Positions 56,527 to 64,000 of a DNA stretch of 64,000 nucleotides are shown piece by piece (within the stretch, counting starts at the first letter, position 1; each line of letters begins with the position of its first letter). Under the pieces are notes generated by a model. It did no database searches, had not been told where the DNA came from, and saw nothing but the letters and a program-made list of their open reading frames with translations. This DNA comes from Eledone cirrhosa (Eukaryota): assembly GCA_964016885.1 (NCBI GenBank), contig OZ024742.1, positions 306,590,001-306,654,000 on the forward strand. Reading direction: 5' to 3'. The translations under genes and the position numbers were made by a program.

Positions 56527-58702
56527 TGTACGACGATTAAATCTGTATATCTATAGTATAGATGTAACTAAGACTGCAAGAGTGTGTATATAAAGTCTTA
56601 CATTTTACTACAATATGTAATACGTATATATGCAGAATAAACGTATTCCCCGTAATTTAAAAAAATGATGAAGAGTTTAATTTGATTTTCGAAAAAGAAA
56701 GTTGCACTCCTTAACATGGAAATAAGTGTCCCCGGAGTTTATATACCCTATCATTTACAGTAGTATTGTGAAATAGAGGTGGTAATTTACATATTGTTAG
56801 GTTTCGCGTTGGTAGATAATTAGGATATATATTAAGGAGTGTGTGAAACAGCCGACGAATACGATAAAGTTTTATCTGTATATATTCAATTTAAAGGTAA
56901 AAGAGACTGCATAAATGTGTATATACATTTACACGTTTATAGTATATAGGCATGTATACATGGCAAAACATTAATACTGCTCATTTAATTGTTCTTTGCA
57001 TGCAACAATCATCTGGCAACAATATTTAGCACATAGAATTATACTGTTATGGTTGTACCTTTTTTAACTGTTGTTTTATCGCAGACCTACCAACATCTAA
57101 AAACCCAAACGGGGAGTGCCATGAAGAAAAATGTCCTTAAACGTGTAGAAATGAGGCAAAATAGGGAGATTTTACATAACGAAAGCTATACCCATTTTCA
57201 CAAGAGAAGACATCTCTGACCAACCCCAAAGTGGGCGTGAGATCTCTCCAACGGACGGGGAGAGTTTACAGATCTCTCATGCTCACATCGATGATAGCTC
57301 TAGCAGGACAGGTCTATTATCCAATGCATACGACAAGTGTCTATACTTCCTCTTTAAAGCATATCACAGAATACTTATTCCTTTGTGTTATTTTTAAGAC
57401 AAAATGTATTTGTATGAGGATGATGACACTGTTACTTCTAGCATATCATTTGACTTCATTTAGACTCATTTATCGCTTCGTTATCCACACACCAAATCAG
57501 ACTGAGCTGGTCAATAAACAAATGTATTCGACCTATGAACATAACACTTTTTTGTGATCCATGAGATTACATTATGTAACGTCTCTATTCCTTTCTCCGA
57601 ACGATAGGATTTGATTGAAGAATATTTAGCTGCTATTTTCAGTATATCGAGCGACGATATTTTAACTTCTTTATTGGATGGTTACCTTTCTAGCTGATCA
57701 TCTTGGCCCCAGGTTTGGGTAAGTTTTAGAATTGTCTACGTTTTTAAAGTTTAGCTATTGAATATGATATATTTTCCTGTGAGGATATTACTATTGTCAT
57801 GAATTCTCTATGTTCCTCATATATCGCTCAGCTTAAGAACACCACGAATTGGGGTTTGAGTGCCTTTAGAGAATCCTCTCCTTTTATATGATTTTGGACT
57901 AGATGTCCGAATTGAGGCTAATTGCCTCTCACCTTCCCACTGGTCGCGAAAAACTTGAAAAGTGCCACATACAATGCGCATCCCTATCTGAATCGAGAGT
58001 TAAAACATAACATTTCCTAAATAAATGCAGGTATACTTGTCTTAGGTTTGACATCTAGTGTGCAAAATTATTTAAAAAAACTAACATATTTATGATGGTT
58101 TCCGTTACTTAGCCGATAAAATACTAACATCTCCTTCACGAATTTGCATATTTTAAATGTCATCTATGTTTGGTTTATACGAGGAGGCTTAAAAGATAAT
58201 GATATTCACATAAGTCTCAGAAATGTCACCTTTGTCTTTACAAATACCGGTGCGGATAAAATAACTTCCAGTCTAGTAATATAGTTGATATAAGGACGAT
58301 ATTCTACCATTGCAATTTAAGATATTGTTACTATTACATTATAATAACAATAGAAGTAACTATCAGTGGACCATCATGTTTATGTTTGTGATGATAATGA
58401 TATTTTGATAGTGATTTTCACAGATCAAGTAGTATTCTTTTTTTCTTATGATTCTTTCATTGATAATATGAGATGTAATAACAGAGTTGTTTGTAACTTA
58501 CAGAGAGTTAAGGATGTAAGTTATATATCAACAGGAAAATGATTTCGGAAAGACGCGAATGGTGTATATATAGGGCGAAATAATGTTGCGATTACCTTTA
58601 ATGATTATATTTATGCATGTATTCAAATATATGTACCTACTGTATATAATGTGCGTTTGTACATGCAGATCATATATATATATATATATATGTGTGTGTG
58701 TT

Positions 58703-58734
<32 letters not shown>

Positions 58735-58839
58735 AAGAGAGAGGGTAGAGAGCATCACTTCAACTCCCGTCCTTCTCTCCTATCTACCTATCCATATGTG
58801 TACGTATATAATGTGTATGTATACGTACATACACATTAT

Positions 58840-58884
<45 letters not shown>

Positions 58885-60024
58885 GTGTATATACATATAC
58901 ATATATATATATAATGTGTATGCATGTCTACATATAGACAGGTAGGTAGGGGGATTGAAGAGATGGTCTATACTTAGTTTTTGCGTCTAAATTTGTATAT
59001 ATATATATATATATATATACGTAAATGATATGGAATATTGAAAAAAAAATGAGTTCGGTGTGTTGAGAAACTGGAAAACTTGACATGATGGGGAAAGAAA
59101 TATGCGAAATTGCTGAAAAATATTAATAGCAGTGGTAACTATTTTGACATCACTGTCCTTTGGGCAAAACGATCATTCTAATAATAAATCAAGTAGTTTA
59201 GATATATCATTTATAGACGTACACACACAACTCTCTTCTCTTTTATATTCTCCGAATATTACCACATTCTACACTGGCAGAATCATTTCATTGTTGAATA
59301 GAATGTTTTACAGCATTCGTTCCGGTATTCTGATCTGTGAGTTCAAATCCTGTCAAATGTCTAACAACATGACTCAATGGTACATACAAGGAAAACGACT
59401 AATGCAAACTTATAAATATATTCTTTCTCAGAACATGTTCAAGATTGGACCGAGTAAACATCTCTATCTCTATCCACATATACCTTTTGTGAAAGATACT
59501 CGTAGCATCATTGTTATAATTTCCTCTCTTTAAAGCGCTACAATTATCACCTGCCGTATAACGATACATATAGCACTCATGTACCAGTGAATGGCAGTCT
59601 CAGATATCTAGGAAAATCACTCACCTCTAATTCACAACTAGCTCATTAATTCTAGGTTGCTATGCGCTTTATCAACTAGTCAAAATGAGACAAAGAAGAT
59701 GGGCCAGGCCTTTATTCTATGCCCCCCTCCACACACACACACACAGAGTAAAAATAATAGAGATCCTCTATCCATTCGGTTGTTGCTCAAATTGTTGCTA
59801 TATTCAATGGTTGTAAACTGCAATGCAATTTTGTGGAGAATACTGCACCCGAACAGTATCTAAATGAGAATGATGCTATAACAAAGAAGATTTTTGCATT
59901 TTTTCTTTCATTTTCCTGTCCAGTTTTACGATTTATAGAATCTTTTTATTCTAGTAATTATTCACTCTATGGTAATTGAAGTATATTTCAGGTTCTTTTA
60001 ATGATTATCCCCATTATATATATA

Positions 60025-61613
<1,589 letters not shown>

Positions 61614-61616
<3 letters not shown>

Positions 61617-61940
61617 GATAACAAGTTATCCTTATAGGTAATCTAGTTAGAGGTAATCCAGTTAGTGTACACCGCGTCTTGGATAGTTATGCAGCGAGTT
61701 CGCGGTAATTTCTATGCAGGTTATTGTTGGAGTAATAATAGTTAAAGAAAGAAGAGTAACATGGTTGGCTGTACATCTACGTGGTCTGATGTATTGACCA
61801 GTTGTAAAAAATGTATTGGAGATCGATTGACGCAACCTCAAGCGATTAGCGAACTCTAGACACACCTGATCAACGAAACAATTGTCAGTACTTTAAATAA
61901 AGCCCTCATTGTACAGCCAACCATGTTACTCTTCTTTCTT

Positions 61941-61947
<7 letters not shown>
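61614..61947. mobile_element. Micro fold-back (family F)
   Basis: Tail 61614-61737 resembles the reverse complement of 29640-29778; arms 61738-61775 / 61910-61947; hammerhead core in the spacer. Confidence 0.8.
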
Positions 61948-62039
<92 letters not shown>

Positions 62040-63317
62040 TGAGTTTTTTTTTACAAAATGAAAAAAAACGAGATGAGTGAAAGTATAAGGAAAAAAGATG
62101 AAATCGAAAATGCAACTGGAGTCTTTTTTCAAAATATATATATTTATTTGGTTCCTTTACCGGCTTCGCAGTTCTTGTGCTTTTCAAAAGTAGAATTGAG
62201 CTGGAGGCTTTGTGGTTTTTCTCGCATATCTATATATATATTCCTGCCTAGATTTATTTTAATATTCTGTATTTTACAACTTCATCGGTATGGCGCCCCA
62301 CATAGTTCTGGCGTACATATCATTTAGAGTTTTTTATTTATTTTGGAGCATGTGGAATTCAAAGGAAGAGCATCTATACTTACGAATAATTTTTAGGTAG
62401 AGGATTAAGTTTTAATTTGATAGACAAAAAAGGAAGTGTATAACAATAATATATTTTCTAGTCAGTACGCCTTAACGACAATAGAGGATTTCAATTTCTC
62501 GTAAACATTTCTTTAAGGTCATTTGGCTTTCCACTTTCGATTTCCATCAAATATTCTTATTCATAGGGATTCCTTGAGGCATCCATAAGTCAATATCTTA
62601 TACGCATTAGATTTGTCCATCTGTAAATAATTCTATGTTCGTCAGAAACCAGCATTACGCGTTTTAACCTTTGAAACATCTGACTATATTAGATTTGAAT
62701 TTTGTTCAAAAACGCAGAAAAGATTATTCTATTGTTTGCATAGTTGCAAACATCCATGCTTCACCGAAAAGATAGTGAACGGTGAAAGCAATATAATTTG
62801 CTTTAGAATAAGAAGCGTGCTACTTTGAATGTTTCTCCTTTTTCATCAGATTAGAAATAAAAGGTACCTCACTAATATTTTTCGAGCATTGTTTTTGGTT
62901 TTAACCGCCGTTTGCACCTATCGGTTTAATAATCGTGGATAATGTCTACTAAGTTACGTTTAAATTGCAACATAATGTATGTCTCCTATGATAAAAAGGC
63001 TTCCGAAATTTCCAACATATTGCCATAAAAAGGGCTACAAATGTTTTCGCTCTGCCTTTCAATATTTATAACTATAATACAGTAAAAAATGATAACACAC
63101 AAACAAAAAATTCTAGGACTTAATAATAATTATGAAACTAAAATTATTTTGAAGTGACTTTCCCTATCAAATATTCGAAGTGTTTTCCTAGAGCATGTAA
63201 TTATAGACATGTCAAATTGGTTTTTTTTTTTTTTTTTTTTCAGTTACTTTCATCTTTGTTTCGTTGAATGTAGCTGGTAAGTTATGATTTAAGTGACCTT
63301 GCAAAGGACCGCTCTCT

Positions 63318-63353
<36 letters not shown>

Positions 63354-64000
63354 GATTAATAATAAAGTACATATTAAGATTATAGTATAAATATATTTCT
63401 TACATGCAGAATTTATTAGAAAGATTGTAATGAAATGGTTAAAATGTACTTGAGCCGTACTCATCCCATCTTCATGGGGATACGTAGATATATATTAGCT
63501 AAGTTATCTAACCTATCCTTTATTGCAGATGGTATTGGGGGATCGAAGGTGATTTGATAGTTAAATTCTATCAAGTATATAGAGCGATCGCTTAGAGGGA
63601 CTCTTCATAAGATGCCGGCGTACGGATGTACATCGACATACCAGAATATATGAGCCAGATCAATATTTCTGTTGGTGACCTATACAGATCTTCAAACGAA
63701 ATAGCAAGAGTAGTAGAAAAAGTGGTTGTTTCTGTTGTTTATGTCGTTTCTTAGCTCCATATCCAGCAGACGTAGGATCAAAGTACTTCTTGTTGAACAA
63801 TGTTACTTTTGTTTCAGACATCCTACTAAATCGAATCTGTTCGAGACAGCGTTTGCACTGCAGAAATATCACCGTACTTCTGAGAATATTTATTTTGAAA
63901 CAACTTCTGTATCTGAGACAACAATCACATTATCCGAGTGTAATGTGTTTGTTCACTGACTAAAATTACATTAGAATCTCAATATTACCAACATGTGTTA

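Noticed and set aside
57060-57400. Possible host exon(s) after a TTTTATCGCAG acceptor
   Set aside because: All frames hit stops and no homology is recognisable
62400-64000. Higher-complexity stretch that might be coding
   Set aside because: Only short frames with stops; no motif recognised

Overview
AT-rich, microsatellite-saturated animal genomic DNA. The SINE type and repeat content suggest a cephalopod such as Octopus, but that is inference. No host protein-coding gene can be supported, and nearly all ORFs in the track are artefacts of (TA)n/(CA)n/(GA)n. The window is dominated by Penelope-like retroelements (PLEs): one intact 710-aa RT+GIY-YIG element (46247-53224), one disrupted element (7751-11012) and several remnants. 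It also holds a deleted mariner, an R4/Dong-type LINE fragment, tRNA-derived SINEs and a 3.2-kb CA-rich satellite. The main hidden signal is more than 15 non-coding fold-back insertions, mostly in (TA)n tracts, from about 10 sequence families that share one geometry. Two 5'-truncated 3' ends point outward; one ends at a fixed internal site and the other carries a short tail, mostly 40-135 nt. About 20 type I hammerhead ribozyme motifs (read by eye) lie in these elements. One family is an ORF-less, circularly permuted 429-bp hammerhead-bearing unit that looks like a retrozyme/circRNA parasite.
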